Source: Heterodontus francisci
Lineage: Eukaryota
Direction of reading: 5' to 3'
DNA: 64,000 nt
NCBI RefSeq assembly: GCF_036365525.1
Contig: NC_090406.1
Coordinates: 29,618,854-29,682,853 of the forward strand
Positions 62,750 through 64,000 of the stretch are shown here, piece after piece. Within the stretch, counting starts at the first letter, position 1. Every line of letters starts with the position of its first letter. The notes below the pieces were generated by a model. The model did no database searches. It was given only the letters and a program-made list of their open reading frames with translations, and had not been told where the DNA came from. The position numbers and the translations under genes are program-made.

Positions 62750-64000
62750 CTGAGCAGACTCCAGAAGCTGGCCGAGCGCGTCTACCCTGAGGCGCAGTGT
62801 GGCTTTCGTGCAGAGAGATCGACCATTGACATGCTGTTCTCCCTTCGTCAGATACAGGAGAAATGCCGTGAACAACAGATGCCCCTCTACATTGCTTTCA
62901 TTGATCTCACCAAAGCCTTTGACCTCGTCAGCAGACGTGGTCTCTTCAGACTACTAGAAAAGATTGGATGCCCACCAAAGCTACTAAGTATCATCACCTC
63001 ATTCCATGACAATATGAAAGGCACAATTCAACATGGTGGCTCCTCCTCAGACCCCTTTCCTATCCTGAGTGGCATGAAACAGAGCTGTGTTCTCGCACCC
63101 ACACTTTTTGGGATTTTCTTCTCCCTGCGGCTTTCACATGCGTTCAAGTCCTCCTCTGAAGAAGGAATTTTCCTCCACACAAGATCAGGGGGCAGGTTGT
63201 TCAACCTTGCCCGTCTAAGAGCGAAGTCCAAAGTACGGAAAGTCCTCATCAGAGAACTCCTCTTTGCTGACGATGCTGCTTTAACATCTCACACTGAAGA
63301 GTGCCTGCAGAGTCTCATCGACAGGTTTGCGGCTGCCTGCAATGAATTTGGCCTAACCATCAGCCTCAAGAAAACAAACATCATGGGGCAGGATGTCAGA
63401 AATGCTCCATCCATCAATATTGGCGACCACGCTCTGGAAGTGGTTCAAGAGTTCACCTACCTAGGCGCAACTATCACCAGTAACCTGTCTCTAGATGCAG
63501 AAATCAACAAGTGCATGGGAAAGGCTTCCACTGCTATGTCCAGACTGGCCAAGAGAGTGTGGGAAAATGGCGCACTGACACGGAACACAAAAGTCCGAGT
63601 GTATCAGGCCTGTGTCCTCAGTACCTTGCTCGATGGCAGCGAGGCCTGGACAACGTATGTCAGCCAAGAGCGACGTCTCAATTCATTCCATCTTCGCTGC
63701 CTCTGGAGAATACTTGGCATCAGGTGGCAGGACCATATCTCCAACACAGAAGTCCTCGAGGCGGCCAACATCCCCAGCTTGTACACACTACTGAGTCAGC
63801 GGCGCTTGAGATGGCGTGGCCATGTGAGCCGCATGGAAGATGGCAGGAGCCCCAAAGACACATTGTACAGCGTGCTCGCCACTGGTATCAGACCCACCGG
63901 CCGTCCATGTCTCCGCTATAAAGACGTCTGCAAACGCGACATGAAATCCTGTGACATTGATCACAAGTCGTGGGAGTCAGTTGCCAGCGTTCACCAGAGC
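62750..64000 (+). mobile_element. RTE-clade LINE, second copy (5'-truncated, runs off the window)
   Basis: Colinear and highly similar to about 1290-2523 (FIDLTKAFD, LFADD). Confidence 0.93.

Overview
Vertebrate genomic DNA, most likely from a cartilaginous fish (inferred from HE1/V-SINE-like and SacSINE1/Deu-like SINEs plus abundant CR1, L2, RTE and Penelope elements). Three intact spliced genes can be assembled by hand with GT-AG junctions and matching phases: a NIM1K-like AMPK-related kinase (minus strand, 3 coding exons, 436 aa, C-terminal CaaX), POLE4 (plus strand, 4 exons, 119 aa, CCAAT/E2F-rich promoter) and an ADMP-family BMP ligand (minus strand, 5 exons, 381 aa). The rest is mostly transposon-derived. 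The most notable non-genic signal is a family of Neptune-type Penelope retroelements and short derivatives that carry a minimal hammerhead-ribozyme motif. One copy has an intact core. Another lies in POLE4 intron 1 as a roughly 600-bp inverted-repeat structure with a 14-bp target-site duplication (TSD). The window also contains decayed Harbinger Myb/SANT genes, several MITEs, a possibly 5'-inverted CR1, and a minisatellite abutting a POLE4 splice acceptor. All calls were made by eye without database searches, and repeat boundaries are approximate unless a TSD or terminal inverted repeat (TIR) is given.
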